Part shown: in pieces, positions 53,660 through 64,000 of the stretch
How positions within the stretch are numbered: position 1 is the first letter of the stretch
Layout of the letters: each line of letters opens with the position of its first letter
Assembly (NCBI GenBank): GCA_002269645.1
Contig: NIVC01001997.1
Coordinates: 19,143-83,142 of the forward strand
DNA: 64,000 nt
Reading direction: 5' to 3'
Source of the DNA: Macrostomum lignano
Taxonomy: Eukaryota
Translations under genes and position numbers: made by a program
The notes under the pieces: model-generated
The model's input: the letters and a program-made list of their open reading frames with translations, nothing else
Database searches by the model: none
What the model was told of the DNA's origin: nothing

Positions 53660-56600
53660 CTATGTCTGTCCGTTGATCTGGTCCGCCTCGGCCACAGCCA
53701 CCTGGACAGTGGCACAAACCGCGGTGGAACCCAACTGGTGGGACATTGCTCGCTGCAGTGAGCCAGTTCTGGGCCTGCCGGAGACAGACCTTTGCCTGCT
53801 AAAAGCCAGGGGCTCGGCTGTGCCCGCTAAGCTGGAGCTCAGCGTGGTCGAAATCGATTGGCGATCGTCCAGTCGCTTTATTCTGCGATCGGCGTAGCAG
53901 GGAAACTTCTCGCGAAGAATTCGATCGCATACCTGCGGGAGAGGGATTGGATTTGCTGACATACCTGACATACCTGACATACCTGACATACCTGACATAC
54001 CTGACATACCTGACATACCTGATATACTTTACATACTTGGCATACCTGGCATACCTGACATAACTGACATACCTGACATACCTGACATACTTGACATACC
54101 TGACATACTTGACATACCTGATATACCTGAAATACCTGACATACCTGACATACCTGACATACCTGACATACCTGACATACCTAACATACCTGACATACCT
54201 GACATACCTGACATACCTGACATACCTAACATACCTGACATACCTGACATACCTGACATACCTGACATACCTGACATACCTGACATACCTGACATACCTT
54301 ACATACCTGACATACCTGACATACCTGACATACCTGACATACCTGACATACCTGACATACCTGACATACCTGACATACCTGACATACCTGACATACCTGA
54401 TATACTTTACATACTTGACAGTGATTAACAGACATACCTGACAGATAGGATGTGTAAAACAGTCAGATATACGTCAGACGAGTCAAAGATGTGTCAGATA
54501 ACAAGTCAGAGATGTGTCAGACAAAGATTCAGAGATGTGTCAGACAAAGAGTCAGAGATGTGTCAGACAAGGAGTCAGAGATGTGTCAGACAAAGAGTCA
54601 GAGATGTGTCAGACAAGGAGTCAGAGATGTGTCAGACAAAGAGTCAGAGATGTGTCAGACAAGGAGTCAGAGATTTGTCAGACAAGGAGTCAGAGATGTG
54701 TCAGACAAAGAGTCAGAGATGTGTCAGACAAGGAGTCAGAGATGTGTCTGACAAGGAGTCAGACATGTGTCAGACAAAGAGTCAGAGATGTGTCAAACAA
54801 AGAGTCAATAGATATCAATCAAAACACTGCTGAGACTCTCCGCCTCACCGTAGCGGAGGCCCTGCGGGCGCCTTCGATTTCAACCTGGGCGAACCTCGCC
54901 CAGGTGCCGGACCCATTGGTTTTGCGGTTAAGAACCGCCCGCATCAGGCGGATTCGACAGCCGGTGAACCGCGCAATTTTGCCAATGGTTGGCGCGTGAT
55001 AAGCGAACATTTCCGTGACCTCGGGTGAGGTCAGCGCCAGGAACACCTGATGGGATTGCGTCTCCTTGGGCTCGTTTCCAAAGTCTGCGGGTCGGAGCGA
55101 TCAGAGTTAGAGTAGATGCTCTTATGAGAAATGAGAATCTGAATGAGACAGAGTAGATACTCATATGAGAATCTCAATGAGACAGGGTAGATACTCTTAT
55201 GAGAATCTCAATGAGACAGGGTAGATACTCTTATGAGAATCTGAATGAGACACGGTAGATACTCATATGAGAATCTCAATGAGACAGAGTAGATACTCAT
55301 ATGAGAATCTCAATGAGACAGAGTAGATACTCATATGAGAATCTGAATGAGACAGGGTAGATACTCTTATGAGAATCTCAATGAGACAGTGTAGAGAGTT
55401 TATGAGAATCTCAATGAGACAGTGTAGATACTTTATGAGAATCTCAATGAGACAGTGTAGAGAGTTTATGAGAATCTCAATGAGACAGTGTAAATACTTT
55501 ATGAGAATCTCAATGAGACAGTGTAGATACTCTTATGAGAATCTGAATGAGACAGAGTAGATACTCATATGAGAATCTCAATGAGACAGGGTAGATACTC
55601 ATATGAGAATCTCAATGAGACAGAGTAGATACTCATATGAGAATCTCAATGAGACAGAGTAGATACTCATATGAGAATCTCAATGAGACAGAGTAGATAC
55701 TCATATGAGAATCTCAATGAGACAGTGTAGATATACTCTTATGAGAATCTGAATGAGACAGAGTAGATACTCATATGAGAATCTCAATGAGACAGGGTAG
55801 ATACTCATATGAGAATCTCAATGAGACAGAGTAGATACTCATATGAGAATCTCAATGAGACAGAGTAGATACTCATATGAGAATCTCAATGAGACAGAGT
55901 AGATACTCATATGAGAATCTCAATGAGACAGTGTAAATACTTTATGAGAATCTCAATGAGACAGTGTAGATACTCTTATGAGAATCTGAATGAGACAGAG
56001 TAGATACTCATATGAGAATCTCAATGAGACAGAGTAGATACTCATATGAGAATCTCAATGAGACAGGGTTGATACTCTTATGAGAATCTCAATGAGAAAG
56101 AGTAGAGACTTTATGAGAATCTCAATGAGACATAGTAGATTCTCTTATATTCTTAACGAGAACGCCAGTGTAGATAACTACTATAAAAAGCCAAAAGCCG
56201 GATTGGGAGTGCATTCTGTACTTAATTGTGGTTCTTTAATTGGAATTGGAATGGCCAGATTAATATCCGCACTAACTTCTTGAACGGCGAAGTTTCCGCA
56301 GCCTCTGGTACTTGGTCATGCCCAGAGCGAGATAGCGGCTCTTGAGCAGGGCGCTCACGCCGCTGCTCCGTCCGTCAGATGCCGTTGTCAGATCGTCATT
56401 GCCGACTGTGGTGCTGCCGTCTGGCGGATTCCAGAACTCCAACAGCGAGTTCTCGCCTGATTCGACAGTCGAGTCCGCCGTTTCCTGGATTCGAACTCGG
56501 GCTGCAGACTTACCGTGCTGCGGTTCGCCTTCACCTGAGGCCGATTTGGTTGAATAAAGTTTCCGAACACTTTTGAGCGATTTTTGTTCCGACTGCGGCT

Positions 56601-57579
56601 TCGCTGTCTCTTGCAGTGGAGCCAGTTTCAATGATGACAATTTTTTAGCGATTTTAACTGGAACTTTCTGATCGAACTTCGGTCGTGGGAGCTGCTTTGA
56701 AGAAATCTTGATCGTGGACTTTTGTATTGCCTGAGTCAGCTGGCCCTCTACCTTGCCTGGAAGTCCCATGCTCAACTGTCTGTTCTCCGTTTTAACAAGC
56801 GTAGCGAGCTGCTTGTTGTCGGTCTTCTCCGTGTGGCCCGTTTGAGGCATGACGCTGCGTGCCGATCCGTATGCCATTTTGCTGCTGTGGTCCAAGTACT
56901 TGGAGACATCTTGGAACTGCTTTGCTCGATCGGCTTTGTCTCCTGTGAAAGATTGGAAGTATTTTACTGGTGCTGCAAGCTCAGCTGCAGGCTGCTTGAC
57001 GTCCTTCATCACCGATGCTGGTGCAAACCCAGCTGCTGCAGGCTGGTTGACGTCCTTCACCGGTGCTGGTGCAGACTCAGCGGCTGCAGGCTGGTTGACG
57101 TCCTTGACCGGTGCTGGTGCAGACCCAGCTGCTGCAGGCTGGTTGACGTCCTTCACCGGTGCTGGTGCAGACCCAGCTGCTGCAGGCTGGTTGACGTCCT
57201 TCACCGGTGCTGGTGCAGACTCAGCTGCTGCAGGCTGGTTGACGTCCTTCACCGGTGCCCCCACTGTCGGAATGCACATTTCTTCAACCGTTTCGGATGT
57301 ACAAGAGCCACTATAATAATCTTCCTCGTCATCATACTCGTCGTTTTGACCGAAATTCTGTTGCAGCAACAGGCCGCCTAAGGATTCGAACTCCGTGTGC
57401 ACAAAGCGTTCAGGTGCGTCCGAAGATTCCGCAGAGACAACGGAAGCAGCGTTGGTATTAATAAGGGAGGCTGCTGGGCAGGCCATGTGCTGCTGGATTT
57501 CCAATTGATGTCGCTGTCGGCCAAACTTGAGGCCTTTGCTCCGCCTCGCAGTGCAGTGCAGCGGCCTCTTCCGTGGCAT
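53660..57579 (-). CDS. Uncharacterised ~603-aa protein with 16-aa repeats and an atypical KH-like domain
   Basis: complement(join(57579..56277, 55084..54849, 53932..53660)) = 1,812 nt, phases 1 and 0 match. KH-like TIGKIARFTGCRIRL...QVEIEG...ASATVCDRIL spans exons 2-3; APVKDVNQPAAAESAP repeats in exon 1. An alternative ending via donor 53701 to exon 52900-52862 (RLRNPRYIIYSK*) is also in phase. Confidence 0.68.
53956..54420 (-). repeat. 9-bp minisatellite in KH-gene intron 2; sense unit CAGGTATGT
   Basis: About 50 units ending ~25 nt before the true acceptor CAG|GTATGC (53933/53932). Confidence 0.96.
54460..54810. repeat. 23-bp minisatellite (TCAGAGATGTGTCAGACAAGGAG) in KH-gene intron 2
   Basis: About 14 units; the sense strand is pyrimidine-rich with CTGAC. 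Confidence 0.93.
55110..56140. repeat. 34-bp minisatellite (ATGAGAATCTCAATGAGACAGAGTAGATACTCAT) in KH-gene intron 1
   Basis: About 30 units. Confidence 0.95.
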
Positions 57580-58020
57580 AGTACTTGAGGCCGAGGCCTA
57601 TTTACATTGCCGTGTCAAACTGAAACTATTTATAATACGAAGGGACATATTACAATGAATAATTAATAGAAAGCACTCGGGTTAATAGATCAGGAGACTG
57701 ACTAATGCCGGTTTGAACCATAGACAGATAAAATAAAAAATGACAAATTAATTTACAAGGACCACTTCTTAAATACCGCGTCGTATTCACAGGCATAAAT
57801 GATAAATGTGTTACTAACTATACTAACTAACTAACTATATAGTCCACAAACTATTAAATTTTGTGAAAAATTAGAGCTTCTGCTCTTTTCTCAGTAGTTA
57901 ATCTGTACAGGATCATAATAATTTAATGTGGTAGCTAAAATCCCCTTCCTTTCTGTGGGGTTGAGCATTACAAGCATTAACTCGGTGTACACACGTGAAC
58001 GCAAGACGAACGAAAATCAG

Positions 58021-58161
58021 CCTAGGGGGCAGGCCCAATCTGGCTCAGCCAATGAGAGACCAGTAAGGAGAGAGATCAAAGTCAGACGGCCTAGTCCTAG
58101 GGGGCAAGCCCAATCTATCTCAGCCAATTAGAGAGCATTAAGGAGAGAGAGATCAAAGTCA
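58021..58161. promoter_or_regulatory. Duplicated ~65-bp module (75-bp period), each copy with two CCAAT boxes; candidate promoter element
   Basis: CCTAGGGGGCA(G/A)GCCCAATCT..CTCAGCCAAT..AGAG..AAGGAGAGAGATCAAAGTCA at 58021 and 58096, ~450 bp upstream of the KH-gene ATG. Confidence 0.45.
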
Positions 58162-59185
58162 CAAGCGGGCAAGAGGAAGCCAAAAGGCTGATGCGCCAAC
58201 TATTATCCCTCTTGCACACTCCTATGCACACACGCACCCTGAAATTGTTTTTTTAAGTTTTACGAGTGCTACACTATACAGTTTTTTAAACTCGTTTTTG
58301 TTTTGAGTTTGTCTGTAGTCAGTAAAACAGTATGAAGATGCTAATTTTATGGGTCTACTAAAACTTTAAATATATTGTAAAATTTAAAGGTCACAATTTT
58401 TTTACTATTATTATAGGCAAAAACACTAACTTTGCTACTGAAAAAGAGTAGATGAGCGCATTTTATGAAAATAGCAGGTATAGCCATCATAGTTATTCTA
58501 GTAGCTTGTAGTTTATACTAAATTATTATTATTACTACTATTAACGACACTTAAAGTAGTATGCTGCTTATTTCAACAGCTTCCTAAAAGACATCATTAA
58601 TATATTAAGATAAGTAGCTACATTCTGTACCTCTCAGATGTACTCTCTTTCTTTAATACAATGCTTCATCTCTCACCCCCTCTCTCTCTCTCTCTCTCTC
58701 TAGTCTCTCCCCACCCTCCCCAAAAAGCTCCTCGCACATTGTCGTTGTCATGGTAGCTTGAAACTGCACTCACGCCCAACCCAATAGACTGTACGCTCTG
58801 TACCTTGGGGCATTCCAACTCTGTCCCCCACTGTAGCCTGTCCAGTTTGAGTCTCACAGTTGTTCTCAGTAGCTAGAGTGCTTCACCTGCCTCTCTCCTG
58901 CTTTTTGTTGAGTCAGCCATACTCTTAAAACTTGTTGGTTTGGCCAGTACAGCTGTAAGCCTCCTTTGTCAAATGCTCTTAAATTCCTAGAGACACGGTG
59001 CGAATTATAAAAAGGACTGCTTTGGGGAAATATTTCTTTGACGATGACGCCTCCATGGAAATTGTGAGTCATTTTTTAAGTCTAAATTTTTGTAGTGCAA
59101 TAGGGTATTGGAGCCCATTATATAAATGTTGGAAGCTTTTAGTTTTTTTAGCAATAAAATTCCTAATATTTCACCCTCTGGAATT

Positions 59186-59407
59186 TCAAATTGCAAATGG
59201 AGCTCCTGCAGCACCAGTTGCTTTAGCAGCAGGGGCGCCAGCACCAGGGGCTTTAGCACCAGGGGTGCCAGCACCAGGGGCGCCAGCACCAGGGGCGCCA
59301 GCACCAGTGGCGCCAGCACCAGGGGATTTAGCATCAGGGGCTTTAGCAACAGTTGCTTTAGCAGCAGGGGCTTTAGCACCAGGGGATTTAGCAACATGGA
59401 AACCAAT
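59186..59407 (-). CDS. Candidate terminal exon encoding Gly/Ala/Pro/Lys pentapeptide repeats (AKAPG/GAPGA), 73 aa
   Basis: TAG acceptor at 59408 then IGFHVAKSPGAKAPAAKATVAKAPDAKSPGAGATGAGAPG...FAI*. The 15-bp repeat varies by whole codons (AAA/GGC) in this frame. Upstream exon not found. Confidence 0.4.
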   Translation of the reverse strand: MGFHVAKSPGAKAPAAKATVAKAPDAKSPGAGATGAGAPGAGAPGAGTPGAKAPGAGAPAAKATGAAGAPFAI

Positions 59408-59942
59408 CTATAACATCCTCTCGCTGACAGCTGGGTTCTAACCGTGTATCTGCCATCCATTTGTGCAGCTATTTAGTTAGCTCCCTATCTGAAGCTAGAA
59501 ACATGCGCGAAGCAGAATTCACACAAAGCAGATAGCCAGATAAATATTTTAGTCAAATACCCAAGCTGCCTGTTGCAGAGTCATATGCGCATGTCAACTT
59601 GATACAGTATATATTTTGAATCCAATAAAAAGTCGCTTTTTGGAGAAGAAAAGTCACAAACTTGCTTTGGACAGAACATTTTTAGCACCGGGGGTTGGGC
59701 CGACAGTCCAAAGGTGACTGATAAAGACGCGGTTCGCATTGCCAGGCAAGCAACTCATGCAGTATCTGTTTAGAATATCGCTTGCTACACAACAGCCCTC
59801 AACTCCTTCTGCAGGCCCCCTGGCGGCTGGCTATCCATAAGCAGTCCGATCTCTGACCAATCGAGCTGCTTCAATGCACTGCGCTTGGCGCAGACTGCGC
59901 CGGGCAAGAAACAGGCTCTACATATCAGCGCACAGGAGCGGC

Positions 59943-62506
59943 ATGGGCCGCTTGCAGATTGCACTGGTCCTAGCAGCCATGGGAGCGATTCTGTGTCTCT
60001 ATCTGCTGTCTCTGTCCGTCACCACCATGGTGGGCAGTCTGGTGCCGCCAGGTTTCTACGCGACAGCGGCCAGGTTTCCTGGCGGCTGCGGTGACGAATG
60101 GCCGCCGCCGAAGCACATCGATCCGGAGGTGTTCCAGACTATTGAACAGGTGCGTGATCCGGCTTGATGGACTACTGAGTGTGTCTGTGCATGATGGTGG
60201 ACACACTACTGATTGTGTCTGACCGTGATGATGGACACACTACTGATTGTGTCTGACCGTGATGATGGACACACTACTGATTGTGTCTGACCGTGATGAT
60301 GGACACACTACTGATTGTGTCTGACCATGATGATGGACACACTACTGATTGTGTCTGACCATGATGATGGACACACTACTGATTGACTACCAATGTGTTT
60401 GCCATGCAGGTAATCAGCGACAAAGGCTTCAAAGTGAAAAGCTACAATGTCACAACAGCTGACGGTTACATTCTGGGAGTTCAACGAATCATGCCAGCCA
60501 TTCAACGGCATCCAACTCCGGTTCTGCTGGTGCACGGCCTGCTGGACAGCGGCTTCACCTGGGTGTCCAACCTGGCCAACCAATCGCTGGCCTACAGACT
60601 CAGCGAGGCCGGCTACGACGTCTGGCTTGGCAACGTGCGCGGCAACACCTACAGCAAGGCGCACGTGCGCTTAAGTCCACACCAGCTGGAGTTCTGGAAG
60701 TTCTCCTGGGACCAGATGGCGGAGTTCGATCTGCCAGCAATGATTGATGCGGTTATTGGGGAGACTGGAGCTAAACAGGTTTATTATGTTGGCCATTCTC
60801 AGGGAACAGAGATTGCTCTGGCAGGTAAGAAATCACCGGGACGAATCTGTACCATCTTCACACAGTCCTCTTCAACCATCTTCACACAGTCTTCTCCCAC
60901 CATCTTCACACAGTCTTCTTCAAGCCATCTTCACACAGTTCTCTTCAACCATCTTCACACAGTCTTCTGCCACCATTTTCACACAGTATTCTCCCACCAT
61001 CTTCACATAGTCTTCTTCAAGCCATCTTCACACAGTCCTCTTCAACCATCTTCACACAGTCTTCTGCCACCATTTTCACACAGTATTCTCCCACCATCTT
61101 CACATAGTCTTCTTCAAGCCATCTTCACACAGTCCTCTTCAACCATCTTCACACAGTCTTCTCCCACCATCTTCACACAGTCTTCTCCCACCATCTTCAC
61201 ACAGTCTTCTCCACCATCTTCACACAGTCTTCAAGCCATCTTCACACAGTCCTCTTCAACCATCTTCACACAGTCCTCTTCAACCATCTTCACACAGTCT
61301 TCTTCAAGCCATCTTCACACAGTCCTCTTCAACCATCTTCACACAGTCTTCTTCAAGCCATCTTCACACAGTCCTCTTCAACCATCTTCACACAGTCCTC
61401 TTCAACCATCTTCACACAGTCCTCTTCAACCATCTTCACACAGTCCTCTTCAACCATCTTCACACAGTCTTCTTCAACCATCTTCACACAGTCCTCTTCA
61501 ACCATCTTCACACAGTCCTCTTCAACCATCTTCACACAGTCCTCTTCAACCATCTTCACACAGTCCTCTTCAACCATCTTCACACAGTCCTCTTCAACCA
61601 TCTTCACACAGTCCTCTTCAACCATCTTCACACAGTCCTCTTCAACCATCTTCACACAGTCCTCTTCAACCATCTTCACATAGCCTTCTACAAACCATGC
61701 ATCGTCACACAGTCTTCTTCAAACATCTTCACACAGTCCTCTTCAACCATCTTCACACAGTCTTCTCCCACCATTTTCACACAGTCTTCTCCCACCATCT
61801 TCACACAGTCAAACTCAAAAACTGTCCCGCCCTCAGCCTGGAGTCAGAACCGCACCCTCAACTCGCTGGTGAGAGCGGCCGCTCTGCTCGCCCAGTTGCC
61901 ACCGTCGGCTACATCGAGAGCCCCATCCGGCTGATCGCTCCTCTGGCCACCAGCCTCGCCGATGCCATCGACTTCTTCGGTCACGGAGAATTTCTGCCAA
62001 CCACCCGCCTACTGAAGTTCCTCTCCTTAGCCGTGTGCGGCGATGCTCTGTCGCCTCTGTGCAGCAATGTGATTTTCCTGCTGTGCGGATTTGACTGTCG
62101 CTACACCAACATGACCCGCCTGCCCGTGTACATCAGCCACACGCCGGCTGGCACCTCGGCCATGAATCTGGTGCACTACGCGCAGGCTGTGCAGCACAAG
62201 CGATTTCAGAAGTACGACTACGGCAAGACTGAGAATATGCGCCGGTACGGCCAGCCCACGCCGCCTCAGTACAATCTGTACAACATCCGGGTGCCTCTGG
62301 CGGTGTACCATGGCGAGAAGGACTGGCTGGCGGATCCCACAGACTTCAGCCTGCTGCTGCCGCAGATTAAGCACACTCTGGCGCGAGACAGGAACGTGTC
62401 CGACTACAACCACCTGGACTTCGTGTGGGGATACAACGCTGCCAAAGTGCTGTACGACGATGTTGTTAACTTTTTTAATACAGACTCGGCTAAGGATGGA
62501 GCTTGA
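59943..62506 (+). CDS. Acid lipase (lysosomal acid/gastric lipase family), ~430 aa, 3 exons, apparent 1-nt deletion at 61891-61893
   Basis: join(59943..60149, 60410..60824, 61837..62506). N-terminal hydrophobic leader, HGLLDS, WLGNVRGNTYS, GHSQG nucleophile elbow, DWLAD, YNHLDF. Exon 3 reads AWSQNRTLNSLVRAAALLA then needs a -1 shift to continue PVATVGY. Confidence 0.9.
60170..60385. repeat. 34-bp minisatellite in lipase intron 1 (GATGATGGACACACTACTGATTGTGTCTGACCGT)
   Basis: About 6 units. Confidence 0.92.
60850..61810. repeat. 24-bp minisatellite in lipase intron 2 (ACCATCTTCACACAGTCCTCTTCA)
   Basis: About 40 units filling nearly the whole intron. Confidence 0.96.
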
Positions 62507-63135
62507 TGAAGCTGGTCCTTTGAAGCCTTGTTGTTAGGGAGTTTACCATCTGCATGACGGCATTAGCGAAAACCTTAAAATCCTTTTTTGCTCAAAACCA
62601 CGGACATGTTCGCCTTGATTTTGCATCAGAAACTGCCTTCCCCCCTAGTCAATACTGTGTGCGATTTGATTATTCTCATAAATCATATTGTTTTTGTCGC
62701 GTTTCCATCAATAGTTAGCATATCCAGATGAGGTTTAAACTATCATATTCAAGATCGTGAATTCTAATATTCCAGAAAGGTTCAATGAAAGTTTAGAAAC
62801 CTTAATTCGAGAATTCAAGGTCAGACATACTTTTGTAGGTTGTCAATTTTAATAAAAATTTTATTTAAAAATTCCGATATTGATTGATTTGCTACAATTA
62901 TTTTTCAAGAGCTAACTTACAAAGTGAAAATTAATCTTATTGCTTGTGTGGCAGTAATTTTATTTAATAACGAGATTTAATAACATATGTCATCACCGAG
63001 TCTAAACTTCTCAGCGCGAGCGTACCTGAGCAGACACACCAATACGAAGGCCATAGACTAAAGTTAAACATAGAGAACAAGGCTAAATGAAAATGTAAAT
63101 CGATTGCTGGGACCCTGCGAGCTTTTCTTACTTGG

Positions 63136-63759
63136 GTGACGATCAGTCTCGATTCTCAGGCACTGACAAAAAAGCATGACTGGAAGGAAACTGCCAGAAC
63201 CGCCACAGCTGCAGCAGCCGAACCGACTAATCGACCAGCGACGCGAAGACGAAGAATACTCCACCCCACCAAGGGTTCAATACCTGATAGAAAGTACAAT
63301 CGGTTGGGTTTCCTGGCGCAGCAGCAGCAGCAGTTGCGGCAGCGACAATCGCCGTCAGTCACTGACTTGAACGTCGGCCAAAGTACTTCCAAACTTGCGG
63401 CTCCAAGACGGTTCGGATCTGCCGCGGCCATCGCCATCGGGGCAACCACTAGCAGCTCCGAGTTCAACAAGACTGAACATTCCATGCGATCTCCAGTGAA
63501 AGCTGCAACACCAGCGTCAACGCCAATAACTGTTAAACGTCGATCCAGCATCAAGGACGGACTGATAAAAATTGGCAGAAGAATTAGCACAGCTTTGCGA
63601 CCTGGAGAGACTACTAACAACAGTAGCAACAGAGAGGCTGCAGCTTCACCAAGCAGATCGGACAGAAAAAAGTCCATGCCTAATGAGAGCACCAGCCCCG
63701 GTGCTGCAACCGAATCAACCTATCGCCAGGCGTTGCCGGGTGAGATTGATGGGGCTTGA
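63136..63759 (+). CDS. Uncharacterised low-complexity S/T/A/R-rich ORF, probably an exon lacking its start
   Basis: 207-codon open frame with coding-like composition (polyQ, RRSS, basic patches); candidate acceptor TTCTCAG just before ALTKKHDW; no recognisable domain. Confidence 0.45.
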   Translation: MTISLDSQALTKKHDWKETARTATAAAAEPTNRPATRRRRILHPTKGSIPDRKYNRLGFLAQQQQQLRQRQSPSVTDLNVGQSTSKLAAPRRFGSAAAIAIGATTSSSEFNKTEHSMRSPVKAATPASTPITVKRRSSIKDGLIKIGRRISTALRPGETTNNSSNREAAASPSRSDRKKSMPNESTSPGAATESTYRQALPGEIDGA

Positions 63760-64000
63760 GACTGTACATCGGCGATGACGCACAGGTTGGGTAGCGAAAT
63801 GGCGTTAGCGGTAAACGCGCGCGACTTGCACACCATGATGGCCAACTCTCAAGGCACAGAGTGTGTACATGCCTGACGATAAGAGAGTCGGGGCCAATGT
63901 ACACCCTGTGTGAGTGTGTGTACACTATCGGCGCTCAAGAATCAGCAGAATGGGCAGAATTACCTCAGCGTTGTTTGCTTCCCTAAGAGGCGTTTCCGGA

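Overview
Eukaryotic (metazoan) genomic DNA, not prokaryotic. GC-rich exons sit in AT-rich spacers, introns are GT-AG, and about 30 different micro/minisatellite arrays cover roughly one third of the window by my estimate. This architecture resembles the flatworm Macrostomum lignano (inference only). Host genes I could reconstruct with in-phase splice models: an intronless SLC46-family MFS transporter (-), TM7SF3 (+, 6 exons), a GRXCR-like glutaredoxin/Cys-rich exon (+), a secreted fibrinogen-related protein (-, 4 exons), an SLC22 transporter (+, 2 exons), a KChIP-like EF-hand protein (-, 2 exons), a repeat-rich protein with an atypical KH domain (-) and an acid lipase (+, 3 exons, 1-nt frameshift). 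There is also a probable unannotated minus-strand spliced transcript head-to-head with SLC22. A complete 7,998-bp CACTA/EnSpm (CMC) DNA transposon lies at 15049-23046, with 14-bp TIRs, subterminal motifs, a 2-bp CA target-site duplication, a DDE transposase split by one frameshift and a second spliced gene resembling coiled-coil plus BEN. It sits 397 bp upstream of the TM7SF3 start codon. The most unusual signals are: (1) several intronic arrays whose units, on the transcribed strand, are composite splice sites (e.g. CTAACAG|GTAAAG, CAG|GTATGT), suggesting recursive-splicing arrays or junction-seeded repeats; (2) a near-total CpG desert confined to TM7SF3 intron 1; (3) a lipase whose only intact genomic ORF runs through its 1,012-nt repeat intron. 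Most long ORFs in the supplied track are artefacts of stop-free repeats.
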